In this document: positions 20,178 to 31,091 of the stretch, one piece after another | How the letters are laid out: the number at the start of each line of letters is the position of its first letter | Position numbering within the stretch: position 1 is the stretch's first letter | Origin: Deltaproteobacteria bacterium | GTDB taxonomy: Bacteria > Myxococcota > Kuafuiibacteriia > Kuafuiibacteriales > Kuafuiibacteriaceae | Reading direction: 5' to 3' | Length of the DNA stretch: 64,000 bases | Assembly: GCA_040218735.1 (NCBI GenBank) | Contig: JAVJQW010000042.1 | Location: 279,948 to 343,947, forward strand | Made by a program: the position numbers and the translations under genes | The notes under the pieces: model-generated | Database searches by the model: none | Seen by the model: only the letters and a program-made list of their open reading frames with translations | What the model was told of the DNA's origin: nothing

Positions 20178-21333
20178 TCCGACGACCGGAGATCTCATCG
20201 GCAAACGCGCCACTGCGGCGATCCATTCGATAGAAGACGCCTCGCTGCGCGAGCGTGTCCTCCGCGCCGTCGTCATCTGCGACGACGCGCTCGAGACCGT
20301 CGACGCCCTGGACCTCGCCCCCTACGAGCTCGACGACGACGGGAGCCCCGACCTGTCCGTCTGGGAGGCGCTCGCCCCCGACATTCGCAACATCCTCGTC
20401 GCGGTGCGCAACACGAGTGAAGAGCTCGCGATGTTGTTCCCGCCGTCGGAGACCCCGGAGCCGGACGACTTCGACTTCGAGCTCGTGCTCGACGAGGACG
20501 GCCTGCCCGAGCCCATCCGCGACACGCGGGACATCGAGCTCGACGCGCTCGTCGAGGGGAACCCGAACGAAGAGGTGGGGGCGTCGATCGCGGTGCTCGC
20601 GTCGATGCTCCGGAGCGACATCGTCCAGTTCGGCACGCGCCTGCGGAACCCGCGGGTGACGGCGGATCGGTGGTTCCTGCTCGGGGAGCTCCAGGAGATG
20701 CGCTCGAAGTGTTCGCAGTGCCTGACGGCGATCGTCGCTTCGATCATCTCCGCGTTCACGGAGGCCGACGTCGCCGAGGTCTTGCCGCGGTACGCGAGCG
20801 CGACGGCGCGCGCCATCAAGCTGCGGACGCGCGTCGTGGATCTGTCGTTCGACGTGAATCGTCTGAACACGGCGCTCGCCGGGAGCGGCGTCGCGCAGGC
20901 GTCGGCGGTGCGCACGGCGTTGGCGATGCGGTTGAACGAGTTCGAGAAGAGCGAGGCGTACCCGGAGCTTCGACCGCAGGACAAACGGTTGCTGATCGAC
21001 TTCCGGAACAAACTCGCTTCGTACCGGGACATCTCTGCGCAGCGGATGGAGCTGGTGCGCGACGCGGAGGGGCTGTCGAAGTTCCTCGAGGTGATGCGCG
21101 CGATCAACCAGCGCGAGGTGTTGATCGCGAGCGACAAGAGTCGGCTCCAGACGATCCGAATGCTCCTCGAGTCGGAGGTCGACCTCGACGAAGTGCAGGA
21201 ACACCTCGAGGCGATCTACGGTCGGTGGCCGGCGATCGACGACTTCGTTCGGCTCGGACGCAAGGGCCGCTACGCCGCGGCCGAGGACGTACTCCCGATC
21301 GTCCTCGAAGCGCAGGAGAGTCTGCGGGACTGA
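20164..21333 (+). CDS. Hypothetical alpha-helical protein
   Basis: 389-aa ORF with typical codon usage; no recognised motif. Confidence 0.7.
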   Translation: MSATSPTTGDLIGKRATAAIHSIEDASLRERVLRAVVICDDALETVDALDLAPYELDDDGSPDLSVWEALAPDIRNILVAVRNTSEELAMLFPPSETPEPDDFDFELVLDEDGLPEPIRDTRDIELDALVEGNPNEEVGASIAVLASMLRSDIVQFGTRLRNPRVTADRWFLLGELQEMRSKCSQCLTAIVASIISAFTEADVAEVLPRYASATARAIKLRTRVVDLSFDVNRLNTALAGSGVAQASAVRTALAMRLNEFEKSEAYPELRPQDKRLLIDFRNKLASYRDISAQRMELVRDAEGLSKFLEVMRAINQREVLIASDKSRLQTIRMLLESEVDLDEVQEHLEAIYGRWPAIDDFVRLGRKGRYAAAEDVLPIVLEAQESLRD

Positions 21334-21382
21334 GCCTGCGCAGGTTGCCTGGCCGAGCGCCGTGTGCGACGACGGCGGGGCG

Positions 21383-22549
21383 ATGGATTTCAAGCTCGAC
21401 GACATCCAGCAGCAGATTCACGACATGACGCAGGACTTCGCGGCGAAGGAGATTCGCCCGGTCGCTGCGACGCTCGATGAGGAGCAGCAGTTCCCGGCGG
21501 ACCTCGTGAAGCGCATGGCCGAGCTGGGCCTCATGGGCATGATGGTCCCCGAAGAGTGGGGCGGCACCGGCATCGACACGGTGAGTTACGCGATCGCGAT
21601 CGAGAACATCTCGTGGGGGTGCGCGAGCACAGGCGTGATCATGAGCGTCAACAACTCGCTGTACTGCGACCCGGTGTGGAAGTTCGGGACGGACGCGCAG
21701 AAGGCAGAGTGGCTCCGTCCGTACGCGTCCGGCGAAAAGCTCGGGTGTTACGGGCTGACGGAGCCGATGAGCGGCTCGGACGCCTCGCACATGAACACGC
21801 GCGCGGAGAAGAAGGGCGACACGTACATCCTCCGCGGGCAGAAGAACTTCATCACGAACGGTCCGCAGGCGGACGCGATCGTCGTGTTCGCGGCGACGGA
21901 TCCCGAGAAGGGCTCGCGCGGTGCGACGGCCTTCGTCGTCCCGCGCGACGCGAAGGGTTACGTGATCGAGCCGAAGGACAAGAAGCTCGGCATCCGCGGA
22001 TCCCACTCGTGCACGATCACGTTCGACGAGTGTGAAGTGCCCGAGGCGCAGCGGCTCGGCGACGAGGGGCAGGGTTTCAAGATCGCGATGGGGACGCTCG
22101 ACGGTGGGCGCATCGGCATCGCGGCGCAGGCGCTCGGGATCGCGCGAGCGGCGTACGAAGCGGCGCGTGACTGGTCGCTGGAGCGCAAGGCGTTCGGCGT
22201 GCCGATCTCTCAGCACCAGGCGATTCAGTTCAAGCTCGCCGACATGGCGACGCAGATCGACGCGGCGCGGATGCTCACGTGGCGCGCGGCGTTCTTGAAG
22301 GACAAGGGTGTGCGGCACTCGCGCGAGTCAGCGATGGCGAAGCTCTACGCGAGCGAGGTCGCGATGCGCGTGACGACGGAGGCCGTACAGGTCTTCGGCG
22401 GGTACGGCTACGTGACGGAGTACCCGGTCGAACGCCACTTCCGCGACGCGAAGATCTGCGAGCTCTACGAGGGCACGTCGGAGATTCAGCGGATCGTCAT
22501 CGCGGCGAACGTCCTCAAGAGCGGGCCCTTCGGGGCGCTCGGGTACTGA
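21383..22549 (+). CDS. Acyl-CoA dehydrogenase (short-chain/butyryl type)
   Basis: GLTEPMSGSDA, GQKNFITNG, KKLGIRGS, LDGGRIGIA, LYEGTSEIQR. Confidence 0.95.
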   Translation: MDFKLDDIQQQIHDMTQDFAAKEIRPVAATLDEEQQFPADLVKRMAELGLMGMMVPEEWGGTGIDTVSYAIAIENISWGCASTGVIMSVNNSLYCDPVWKFGTDAQKAEWLRPYASGEKLGCYGLTEPMSGSDASHMNTRAEKKGDTYILRGQKNFITNGPQADAIVVFAATDPEKGSRGATAFVVPRDAKGYVIEPKDKKLGIRGSHSCTITFDECEVPEAQRLGDEGQGFKIAMGTLDGGRIGIAAQALGIARAAYEAARDWSLERKAFGVPISQHQAIQFKLADMATQIDAARMLTWRAAFLKDKGVRHSRESAMAKLYASEVAMRVTTEAVQVFGGYGYVTEYPVERHFRDAKICELYEGTSEIQRIVIAANVLKSGPFGALGY

Positions 22550-22556
22550 CCTCTCC

Positions 22557-24092
22557 GTGCGGCGCCTCGGCTTCGTGTTGGTCGCCGCGCTCGCGGTCGC
22601 CGGTTGCCGTTGCACGGAGACGACCTCCGCCGTCGACATCCCGATCGATCTCGACCAGCTGCGGGAGCGTCACGCGCCGCCGCAGGTCGTCGTGAAGATC
22701 GTGGAGCAGACCCGACGCCGGGGCGGCGGTGGCGGGTGCGGGCACTCTCCGCTGTGCGTCATCGTGCTCCCGTTCATGGTGTACGACGCCGTGTTCCCCG
22801 AGCGGTGGGAAGAGGTCACCGTCACGGAGGGGGGCAAGGTCACGTTCGTCGGCTCCTACGAGCGGAGCGGTCCGCTGATCGAGGCGCACGCGCAGGAGGG
22901 CGATCGTGTCCGGTACTTCGGTCGCCTGGAGTTGAAGGCGCTTCACCGTCGACTCTACGTGCAGCTCGGGGAGGCGACCCTCGCGGAAGACGGCACGGTG
23001 GGGGCGCGGCATCGGACGCCGATCCAGCCGCAGGTCGACGTCCTCGCGCTGTACGAGAAAGCGCTCGCCGAAGAAGACGACGCCGATGACCGCGCGCGGT
23101 TGATCCTCGAGGCGGTGGAGTGGCTCGGTCCGGAGGCGGACGCGTTCCTCGAAGCGCGGTTGCGCGACGCCGCAGAGCCCGACGCCTCGCGCGCCGAGCT
23201 CGTCAAGGCACGTTGCAAGTACGCCACCGACGCGCGCAAGGCATGTATCGCGGCGGAGACGTCCGGCGTGAAGACCGCGCTCGCGGTGGGCGCGTGCATC
23301 TACCATCACGAGGAGCTCGGCGATCTCGCGCACGAGCATGCGGCGGCGGTCGGCGCGCTGATCTGCGACGACCACGATTCGGACGAGCTCGTTTCGCTGT
23401 CGTGGGTCCTCGGAAACATGCGGACGCGGGGCGCGACGGTCACCGCGACGTGTCAGGCGCCGGCCGCTCAGGTGTTGGTCGACCGTGCGCTGGGGCGCTC
23501 GATCGCCGCCGAGGCCGCGGAGGCGGCGGTCCGGGGCGACGATCCCCACGGGCATGCGTTTGCGATGCGGTTGAAGGCCCGGGGGGCGGACCGGAAGATC
23601 CTCTTCGCCGCACTGGATGCACACCCAGACGACGAGTCGATCCTGAAGCGCATCGGAGAGTCGCCGCAGGCGTTCACCGATGGGGAGCTCGATCTGATCG
23701 CGAAGAGTTACCTCGCGAGCCCGCGCGCGCAGCGCAAGGCCGGCACGCTCGATCTGTTCTACCGGTCCACGCTCGCGGGCGCGAAGCGCGACGCGGCCCG
23801 GCGTCGCGTTACGGCGGCGCTGGAGGCGGAGAAGCCGAAGCGTCGTGCGCCGCTCCACGCCGCTCTGCTCGTGCTCGGGGACCGCGACCACGCGGCGCCG
23901 GCGGCGGCGATCGTGGATGACCCGCGACCGCGTGTCCCCGACCAACCCAACTTCGTGTACGACGACGAAGATCTCGTCTTGTACGCGCTGCGTCGAATGG
24001 GTTGCGACCGGGCCTCGCTGATCGCGGCGCTCGCCGAGGGGCGCCCCACGGATGAATCACGCGGTCCCCTGTGCACGAAGCCGATGCGGTAG
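22557..24092 (+). CDS. Hypothetical lipoprotein with helical-repeat C-terminus
   Basis: LAVAGC lipobox; GGGCGHSPLC motif. Confidence 0.65.
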   Translation: MRRLGFVLVAALAVAGCRCTETTSAVDIPIDLDQLRERHAPPQVVVKIVEQTRRRGGGGGCGHSPLCVIVLPFMVYDAVFPERWEEVTVTEGGKVTFVGSYERSGPLIEAHAQEGDRVRYFGRLELKALHRRLYVQLGEATLAEDGTVGARHRTPIQPQVDVLALYEKALAEEDDADDRARLILEAVEWLGPEADAFLEARLRDAAEPDASRAELVKARCKYATDARKACIAAETSGVKTALAVGACIYHHEELGDLAHEHAAAVGALICDDHDSDELVSLSWVLGNMRTRGATVTATCQAPAAQVLVDRALGRSIAAEAAEAAVRGDDPHGHAFAMRLKARGADRKILFAALDAHPDDESILKRIGESPQAFTDGELDLIAKSYLASPRAQRKAGTLDLFYRSTLAGAKRDAARRRVTAALEAEKPKRRAPLHAALLVLGDRDHAAPAAAIVDDPRPRVPDQPNFVYDDEDLVLYALRRMGCDRASLIAALAEGRPTDESRGPLCTKPMR

Positions 24093-24101
24093 AATGAGGG
24101 C

Positions 24102-24800
24102 GTGCGTTACGCGCTCCTCCTGATGATCGCGTTGGTCGCGTGTCGGCCGGCGACGTCGCCTCGTCACCCGGCGATGGCGAAGGGGGTCGAGGCGCTGGAG
24201 CGCATCACCGCGCAGACGCTGGACCAGGACTTCGGTGATCCGCAGTTCGAGACGGCGGCGCGGTACTTCGAAGCGGTGCCGGAGGACTCGCCGGATCACC
24301 CGACGGCGCAGGCGTTGCTCGCGCAGATTCGGGAGGGCCGGGCGCGACACGAGGCGCGCCAGCGCGAGGAGGCCGAAGAAGCGGTCGCGCGCGCGGAGGC
24401 CGAGGAGCGCGCAGAGCAAGTGAGCTTGCAGCGCACGATCGCGCTCGCGAAGGAGCAGCGCGCGGCGTTCGAGGAGCGCGAGCGCGAGTCGCGTGTCGCC
24501 GCAGCGCAGGCGGAGCTCGCACGCCGGAAGCGACTGGAGGTCGCGCGCAAGGAGGGCGACCGTCTGGTCGCGAAGCGCGAGGGCCTCGCCGCGAAGCGCC
24601 GCCGTGAAGCCGAGGAAGCACGGCTCGCGGCCCAGGCCGCCGCCGCCGAGCGCGCGAAGTGCGAGGCGGCGCGAAAGAAGTGCCGTTCGACGTGCGCGTG
24701 GGTTCGGGATCCCACGACCGGGCGCACCGGGGGGATCGGATCGCCGATCTCGATGCAGTGTTACGCGACGTGCCCGGAGTGCGACGGGATTGGGCGCTAG
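24102..24800 (+). CDS. Lipoprotein with long coiled coil and Cys-rich tail
   Basis: LVAC lipobox; Ala/Glu/Arg-rich helix; C-terminal CxxxC repeats. Confidence 0.7.
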   Translation: MRYALLLMIALVACRPATSPRHPAMAKGVEALERITAQTLDQDFGDPQFETAARYFEAVPEDSPDHPTAQALLAQIREGRARHEARQREEAEEAVARAEAEERAEQVSLQRTIALAKEQRAAFEERERESRVAAAQAELARRKRLEVARKEGDRLVAKREGLAAKRRREAEEARLAAQAAAAERAKCEAARKKCRSTCAWVRDPTTGRTGGIGSPISMQCYATCPECDGIGR

Positions 24801-24853
24801 TCCGAGCGCCGGGGCCGTGCTCGACTTCGCCGAACCACGTATAATGACGGGGC

Positions 24854-25366
24854 GTGCCCAGCAGTGGCTCCTTCTATCAAGACGTTCTCGAGGCACTCTC
24901 GCGAGCGAAGGTACGTTTTGTCATCGTCGGTGGCGTCGCAGTGAACCTCCAAGGCGTTCCGCGCTTTACAGCCGATCTCGACGTAGCTGTCGCGCTCGAC
25001 GCTGAGAACCTGCGCATCGTCGCGATGGCGATGGATGAGCTCGGACTCGTCGCACGGCTCCCCGGTTCGCTCGATCTGCTTGCTGACCCGGATACCGTTC
25101 GATCGTGGATCGACGAGCGAAATCTCAAAGCGTACACGTTCCAGGATTCGAACAACCCGCTCCGGCAGGTCGACCTCCTCCTCGACATGCCGCTCACGCT
25201 CGAAGAGCTCGAGCACGACGCGGATGTGATTACTGCCGGTGGAGTCGTGGCACGGGTCGCCTCGATCGAGTCGCTCATCCGGATGAAGTCAGGCACCGGT
25301 CGAGCGCAGGATGCCTCCGATGTCGAGGCGCTACGACGCATCCAGGAGCTCGAAGATGGACCGTGA
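24854..25366 (+). CDS. Minimal nucleotidyltransferase (DUF6036-like)
   Basis: FVIVGGVAV...RFTADLDV, LIRMK..TGRAQDASDV. Confidence 0.8.
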   Translation: MPSSGSFYQDVLEALSRAKVRFVIVGGVAVNLQGVPRFTADLDVAVALDAENLRIVAMAMDELGLVARLPGSLDLLADPDTVRSWIDERNLKAYTFQDSNNPLRQVDLLLDMPLTLEELEHDADVITAGGVVARVASIESLIRMKSGTGRAQDASDVEALRRIQELEDGP

Positions 25367-25538
25367 TTCCAAGCGTGGGTTCTCGCATCACCACACCGAC
25401 GAGGAGCTTCGCGCCTACCGCAAGCTCAGCGCGGAGCAGAAGCTCCAGTGGCTGCAGGACGCCTGGCAGTTCACGGTCGACTTTCTCCCCGAGGAGAAGC
25501 GACGAATCATGGAGAAGATGCGCAAGGGGGAAATCTAG
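25356..25538 (+). CDS. Small protein, putative antitoxin-like partner of the nucleotidyltransferase
   Basis: 60 aa, YRKLSAEQKLQWL motif, overlaps the upstream stop. Confidence 0.6.
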   Translation: MDRDSKRGFSHHHTDEELRAYRKLSAEQKLQWLQDAWQFTVDFLPEEKRRIMEKMRKGEI

Positions 25539-26404
25539 TTCCCTTCCTGACAGAGCTCCTGACCGGTGGGGGCTCGGCACTGTCCGGCTTCGCAGACGAG
25601 TGACTCGCACTGGTAGTCGAACGTGTTCGGGTGCGACACACACGCGGCGCCCGGTGCTTGAAATGGGCGGCACGTCGGCGTCGATAGGCCGTCGTCGGCG
25701 CACGCTTCGCCGGCGAAGACGTTGCAGAAGTTGTCCGCGTCGTTGCTCGGATCACACGTGGCGCCCGAGGGGAGGAGCTCGAGGCAGCGGCCCTGGTGGC
25801 ACGAGCCGTCGCGGCACTCCATGAAGCCGAGGTCTTGGGGGAGTGCGCCGCACGACGCCCCGGGCGGCAGCGTGCCTTCGAACGCGCCGAGGCAAAGGTA
25901 GAGCTGGGAGAGGGGAGGACGCGTGCAGCTCCCGGCGGCGAGCGCGTCGAGGTCGGCGCGACATTGCGCGAGGCGCTCCTCGTTCAGGACGGTGACGCCC
26001 GAGTCGAGGAGGTCGTCGAGGCCGGACTCTGCGGCGTACTGCCGGAAGCTCACGAACTGGATGGTGCAGTCGTCGACGGATCCGCCGAAGCTGTCGAGGA
26101 CCCTGATGTCGGTACAGCACGCGAACAGCGCGTCGCAGGTGGCGCGCGCCACGGTGTCGACCCAGCGGTCGATCGCGATGGTCCCGATCGAAGATCCGGC
26201 GTCGCGTGCGCCTGCGTCGCGTGGGGTTCCGGCATCCGAAGCGCCTGCGTCCGAAGCGCCCGCGTCGGCGAAGCCTGCGTCGCGAGGTCTTCCGGCGTCC
26301 GTGGCGACGGACGCGTCGCCGACGCCCGCATCGATCTCGCGCGTAGGCGCTTCACAGGCGAGGAGTGTGAACAGACAGGCGCTGATGGCAGAGTTTCGTA
26401 GCAT
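25535..26404 (-). CDS. Cys-rich lipoprotein with DAG-repeat linker
   Basis: LLAC lipobox, (S/R)DAG repeats, paired cysteines. Confidence 0.75.
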   Translation of the reverse strand: MLRNSAISACLFTLLACEAPTREIDAGVGDASVATDAGRPRDAGFADAGASDAGASDAGTPRDAGARDAGSSIGTIAIDRWVDTVARATCDALFACCTDIRVLDSFGGSVDDCTIQFVSFRQYAAESGLDDLLDSGVTVLNEERLAQCRADLDALAAGSCTRPPLSQLYLCLGAFEGTLPPGASCGALPQDLGFMECRDGSCHQGRCLELLPSGATCDPSNDADNFCNVFAGEACADDGLSTPTCRPFQAPGAACVSHPNTFDYQCESLVCEAGQCRAPTGQELCQEGN

Positions 26405-26499
26405 CACGACGGTGCTACGCAAGGCGCGTACCGGTGCGCGCAGGGGTCGACCTGACTCGCGATCCGACGCGCCGAGCGCGGACGGCAGCGACAGTCGCG

Positions 26500-29163
26500 T
26501 CAGACCGGCTTGAGCAGCTCGGTCTCGACGAGCACGTAAGCCATCGTCAGGTACAGACGCTTCTCTTCCGGCCACTGCCGGATGAGCGCGCCGATCTTCT
26601 TGCCGTTCGCGAGATACGACGCGACGGTGAGCTGCGTGCGGGTCAGCGCCATCTCGTCGATGCGGCGGCCGAAGTTCTCGCAGGGTCGGAGCTCGGCGTC
26701 CATCACCGAGCGCAGCGCGTGTTTCAGCGCCTGGTTGTCGATCGAGCGGTGCACGAGCTCGGGCAACAGCGCGTTGAGTGACTTCGCGAACGGCCGCTTG
26801 TGTTTGACGTCCGTGCGCTCCTCGAAAGTGAACTTGCCGGCCGAGCGCGCGAAGGCCTCCACCAGCCGCTCCTTCATGAACAGCGGCACGTAACGCCCGA
26901 GGTCGGTCGCGAGGTACGCGCTCGCGAGCGACGCGAGGGTCTTTCGCTGCTTCAACGCGTCGTGCACCAGCCGCCCGATGAACGTGGGGGGCACCAGCTC
27001 CTTGTCGACGAGCAGGTCCGGCAGCTGCAGCCGCGGCACGTTCGCGTACACGTACGTGGGGCGGCCCTTCACGACTTCGATCTCGCGGAAGTCCGTCGAC
27101 TGGCTCAGGCGCTCCACGACGAACAGCCGGCCGGTCGCCTGGTTGCGGGAGAGCATGCCGAAGACGGACGCGAGCGAGCGACGACCCAACGTCCCGACGA
27201 GCAACCCGCTCTTGGGGACGAGCTCGTCGTCGTGACGGAGCATCGACTCCATCCCCACGAGGAGCGCGAAGTCACGGAGCGTCGTCCAGTGCGCGCCGTC
27301 CGGTGAGATCTCCGAGGTCGCGGACAACCGCGCGCGCAGCTCCGAGCGTGCGATCTGCGCGGCCTTGTCGTACGCGCAGGGACCGATCTTCGCCTGGTCG
27401 TTGTCGCGCAACCAGAACGGGTGCTCGCCCTCGTACGCCATCTCGTCGAGGCCGAAGGATCCCCACTTCCGCAGCGCGTGATCCGAGACGCGGTCCGCGT
27501 GCCGCCGGACGTCGAAGCCCGCGATCATCGTGTCGTGCGGGACCAGCTCGAGCTTGGCCTCGGGCATGTTGCGGACGTCCGAAACCGCCTCCGCGACCAA
27601 CGCCTCCATCGCATCGTCGGCCGGCGTGTTGTCCGGGATCGGCGTGAGTGCGTTCGGGCCGAGCGGGAGCGGCGCGCTGGGACGTCGCGGTGGCGGGAGG
27701 CGCGACGGCGTCTGGTTCAGCGGGGGCAGGTCCGAAGTGATCGCCTCGAGGCGCCGCATCGAATCGTTCGGCGTCGACGACCGTAGCGGCGCGGCCTTCG
27801 GCGGGAGCGGCGGCGCCGACTGCGGGCCCCGCGCCCACGCCGACGGACGCGGCGTCCCGCCGGGGGGCGTCTCCACGGTGTTCGGTGGCGTCACGGACTG
27901 CGAGAGGCCGCGTTGGATCTCGGCGTCGGACGCCTCGACAACCGGTGGCGGCGTCGGCGGCGGCCCCGCGGGATCGTCGAACACGTGCGCGTAGCCGCCG
28001 TTCACCGCCTGACGGCTCGCGGCCGGCACGGGCGTCGAGTCGCCGACGCGTTTGTAATAGAGCGGGTCTTCGACGAGGCCATCCGGGATCGGCGACTGCG
28101 TCCCCGTCGTGGAGAAGGAGCGGAAGCCGGACGTCGAACGCGAACGTGCGTTGGGGTGGCTCCCCGAGCCGGTGGGTTTCTTGGCGTCGTCGATCGAGCC
28201 GACGCCCGCGGTCTCGGCGGCGGCGCGCCCGCACATCACTTCGATGACGGAGCGCATCGCGTCGTCGTTCGGGGTCGTGCCGAGCTGCGCGCCGAGCTCC
28301 TGCACGGCGGCCTTCATCTCTCGCGCGGACTGGAAGCGTTGCTGCGGGTCGACGGAGACCGCTTTGAAGAGGAGCTGATCGAACTCCGCGGGGACGTCCT
28401 TGGCGTAGTGCGTGACGGCGCGACGCGGGCCGTTCACGATTCGGTTCATCACCTCGATGTCGGGCCCGCCGCCGAAGAGCCGGCGTTGCGCGAGGCCCTC
28501 CCAGAGGACGACGCCGGCGGCGAACAGATCGGTGCGGGCGTCGATCGCTCGGGTGTAGAGCTGCTCGGGCGCCATGTACGCGACCTTGCCCTTGAGCTGG
28601 CCGGCCTGCGTCTGCCACGGGCGCGCGGTGTCGTGCGCGACGCCGAAGTCACCCAGCTTCACTTCACCGCGAACGGACAAGAAGAGGTTCGACGGCGTGA
28701 CGTCGCGGTGAACGATGTTGCGCAAGTTGCCTTGCTCGTCGCGCAAGCCGTGCGCGTAGTCGAGGGCGTCGAGGAGCTCCGTGACGATGCGGAGCGTGAA
28801 CCACGGCGGCACCCGGAGTTTACGGCGCGCGGCGATCTTGAGGAGCTGACGGAAGTCGAGCCCCTCGATGAGCTCCATGACGATGAAGTACTCGCCGCTG
28901 TCGAGCTGCGACAGCTCGAACACCTGCACCACGTTCTTGTGTTGCACCTGCGCGGCGAGCGTCGCTTCGGCGACGAACATGTCGACGTACTGCGGTTTGC
29001 GAACGAGGTGCGGAAGCATTCGCTTCACGACGACGGTCTTCGAAAAGCCCGCGACGCCGACGAAGCGCGCACGGAAGACCTCGGCCATGCCGCCATCGCC
29101 GATCCGTTCCAGGAGCTCGTACTTGCCGAACTTCACCGGCAGGTCTGAGGCGTCGTCCGCCAT
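26500..29163 (-). CDS. Hanks-type Ser/Thr protein kinase with Pro-rich linker and DUF4388-like C-terminal domain
   Basis: IGDGGMAEV, VVVK, HRDVTPSN, DFG, YMAPE; C-terminal SLASVF...ATGRL...GRP. Confidence 0.93.
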   Translation of the reverse strand: MADDASDLPVKFGKYELLERIGDGGMAEVFRARFVGVAGFSKTVVVKRMLPHLVRKPQYVDMFVAEATLAAQVQHKNVVQVFELSQLDSGEYFIVMELIEGLDFRQLLKIAARRKLRVPPWFTLRIVTELLDALDYAHGLRDEQGNLRNIVHRDVTPSNLFLSVRGEVKLGDFGVAHDTARPWQTQAGQLKGKVAYMAPEQLYTRAIDARTDLFAAGVVLWEGLAQRRLFGGGPDIEVMNRIVNGPRRAVTHYAKDVPAEFDQLLFKAVSVDPQQRFQSAREMKAAVQELGAQLGTTPNDDAMRSVIEVMCGRAAAETAGVGSIDDAKKPTGSGSHPNARSRSTSGFRSFSTTGTQSPIPDGLVEDPLYYKRVGDSTPVPAASRQAVNGGYAHVFDDPAGPPPTPPPVVEASDAEIQRGLSQSVTPPNTVETPPGGTPRPSAWARGPQSAPPLPPKAAPLRSSTPNDSMRRLEAITSDLPPLNQTPSRLPPPRRPSAPLPLGPNALTPIPDNTPADDAMEALVAEAVSDVRNMPEAKLELVPHDTMIAGFDVRRHADRVSDHALRKWGSFGLDEMAYEGEHPFWLRDNDQAKIGPCAYDKAAQIARSELRARLSATSEISPDGAHWTTLRDFALLVGMESMLRHDDELVPKSGLLVGTLGRRSLASVFGMLSRNQATGRLFVVERLSQSTDFREIEVVKGRPTYVYANVPRLQLPDLLVDKELVPPTFIGRLVHDALKQRKTLASLASAYLATDLGRYVPLFMKERLVEAFARSAGKFTFEERTDVKHKRPFAKSLNALLPELVHRSIDNQALKHALRSVMDAELRPCENFGRRIDEMALTRTQLTVASYLANGKKIGALIRQWPEEKRLYLTMAYVLVETELLKPV

Positions 29164-29274
29164 GGATGGGGCGAAAGCGTAGCGAAGAAACGTCGCGCCG
29201 AACTACCGCCGATGTAGCCGTAGAGGGGACTTTCCGACGGGACGACCACACTTGCGTATGCTATCGATACACGC

Positions 29275-30408
29275 GTGGACCTCGAGCTTTCGGAAGTGCA
29301 AACCCGCGTCCGTGAAACCGCGCGTCGCATCGCCGAGACCGAGCTTCTCCCGCGTGCGAAGGAAGCGGATCGAAACGCAAAGTTCCCTGCGGAACAGATC
29401 CGGGCGCTCGCAAAGGAAGGGTTCCTCGCGATGCTCGTCCCGGAGGCGTTCGGCGGTACCGATCTGGGATCCGTTTGTTACAGCCTTGCGATGACCGAGA
29501 TCGCACGTGCGTGTGCGTCGACCGCCGTCACCATGGCCGTGACGAACATGGTGGGCGATGCGATCTGCGCGTGGGGCAACGACACACAAAAGAAGAAGTA
29601 CGTGCCCCGGCTCGCGCGCGCAGAGCTGCTCGCCGGGTCGTTTGCGCTCTCCGAGCCGGGCGCGGGCTCCGACGCTGCGGCGCTCCAGGCGAGCGCGGTG
29701 TTGGACGGGGATCACTATCGGCTCAACGGCAGCAAGTGCTGGATCACGAGCGGTGATGTGGCGGGGGTCATCCTCGTCATGGCGAAGACGGATCCGGCGG
29801 CGGGTGCGCGAGGGATCTCCACGTTCCTCGTCGAGCCGTCGATGCCCGGCTTCTCGGTCGGACGGCACGAAGAGAAGATGGGCATCCGCGGTTCGAGCAC
29901 GGTGACGATCAACCTCGACGACGTCCGCGTCCCGGTCGAGAACCGCCTCGGCGAAGAGGGCGTGGGGTTCAAGGTCGCGATGCGTGCGCTCGACGGCGGG
30001 CGGATCGGGATCGGCTCGCAGGCGCTCGGGATGGGGCGCGCCGCGCTCGAGACCGCCGCCGAGTACGTGCGGGGGCACGAGACCCTCGCGAAGAAGCAAT
30101 CCATTCAGTGGAAACTCGCCGACACCGCGACCGAGCTGGACGCCGCGCGGATGCTCGTGCTGCGCGCCGCCACGATGAAGCATGCGTCGATCCCCTTCTC
30201 GAAGGAGGCGTCGATGGCCAAGGTCTACGCGACGGAGGCCGCGAACCGGGCCACGCACGCGGCGGTCGAGATCTGCGGGGACGCTGCGCTCTCGGACGAC
30301 CTCCCCCTGGAGCGCTTCCTGAGGGACGTTCGGGTGACGACGATCTACGAGGGCACCAGCGAAATCCAGCGCTTCGTCATCGCCCGACAGCTCCTCGCCG
30401 AGGCTTGA
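29275..30408 (+). CDS. Acyl-CoA dehydrogenase
   Basis: FALSEPGAGSDA, NGSKCWITSG, KMGIRGS, IYEGTSEIQR. Confidence 0.95.
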   Translation: MDLELSEVQTRVRETARRIAETELLPRAKEADRNAKFPAEQIRALAKEGFLAMLVPEAFGGTDLGSVCYSLAMTEIARACASTAVTMAVTNMVGDAICAWGNDTQKKKYVPRLARAELLAGSFALSEPGAGSDAAALQASAVLDGDHYRLNGSKCWITSGDVAGVILVMAKTDPAAGARGISTFLVEPSMPGFSVGRHEEKMGIRGSSTVTINLDDVRVPVENRLGEEGVGFKVAMRALDGGRIGIGSQALGMGRAALETAAEYVRGHETLAKKQSIQWKLADTATELDAARMLVLRAATMKHASIPFSKEASMAKVYATEAANRATHAAVEICGDAALSDDLPLERFLRDVRVTTIYEGTSEIQRFVIARQLLAEA

Positions 30409-30512
30409 CCGCCGTCACGACTGCGTTGGGCGGGGGCCCAACTCCGTATCTACACTGAGCGGCATCTGCGTTCTTGACCGGCGCGGGGCCCGACTCTTAG
30501 TGGAGAGCCCGC

Positions 30513-31091
30513 ATGCGTGGATGGATGACAGCCTGTTTGATGACCGGCGCCCTCTTGGTCGGTTCCCCCGCGGACGCGGCGATGAAGGTCGCCGTCGTCG
30601 ACGTGCAGAAGGTCATGGAGGCGACCGGGCACTGGAAGGAAGCCGTGCAGCGCCTCGAGACCGAGCGCACCGCGCGCCAGGCCGTCCTCGAGAAGAAGCA
30701 GAAGGAGCTGCGCAAGAAGAACGAGCAGATCGAGGCGAAGGCCGCGGTCGTCGCTCCGGACGCGCTCCTCGCCGAGAAGGAAGAGCTGCAGCGCGACGCG
30801 GCGCAGCTCACCGAGGCGTTCATGCAGAACCAACGCGCGCTCACCGCCCTCGAGCAGGAAGTGACCGGCATGATGCTCACGCGTGTGAACGCGGTCGTTC
30901 AGCAGATCGCGCAGCAGGAAGACTACGCGTTTGTCTTCGAGACCGGGCCCGAGACCGCGCCGAACGTGCTCTTCAGCCAGCGTAAGATCGACATCACGAA
31001 GATCGTCACGCAGACCTACGAGAAGGCCTACAAGGGCAAGCCGCTCGACTTCTCGCGCGTCGGTCTGGACATGCCGGGCAGGAACAAGTGA
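30513..31091 (+). CDS. skp: Skp/OmpH chaperone
   Basis: Signal peptide, [10 protein letters not shown], coiled coil, DIT; precedes lpxD. Confidence 0.88.
   Translation: MRGWMTACLMTGALLVGSPADAAMKVAVVDVQKVMEATGHWKEAVQRLETERTARQAVLEKKQKELRKKNEQIEAKAAVVAPDALLAEKEELQRDAAQLTEAFMQNQRALTALEQEVTGMMLTRVNAVVQQIAQQEDYAFVFETGPETAPNVLFSQRKIDITKIVTQTYEKAYKGKPLDFSRVGLDMPGRNK

Noticed and set aside
26200-26335. 15-bp tandem repeats
   Set aside because: Common DAG linker of myxobacterial lipoproteins.
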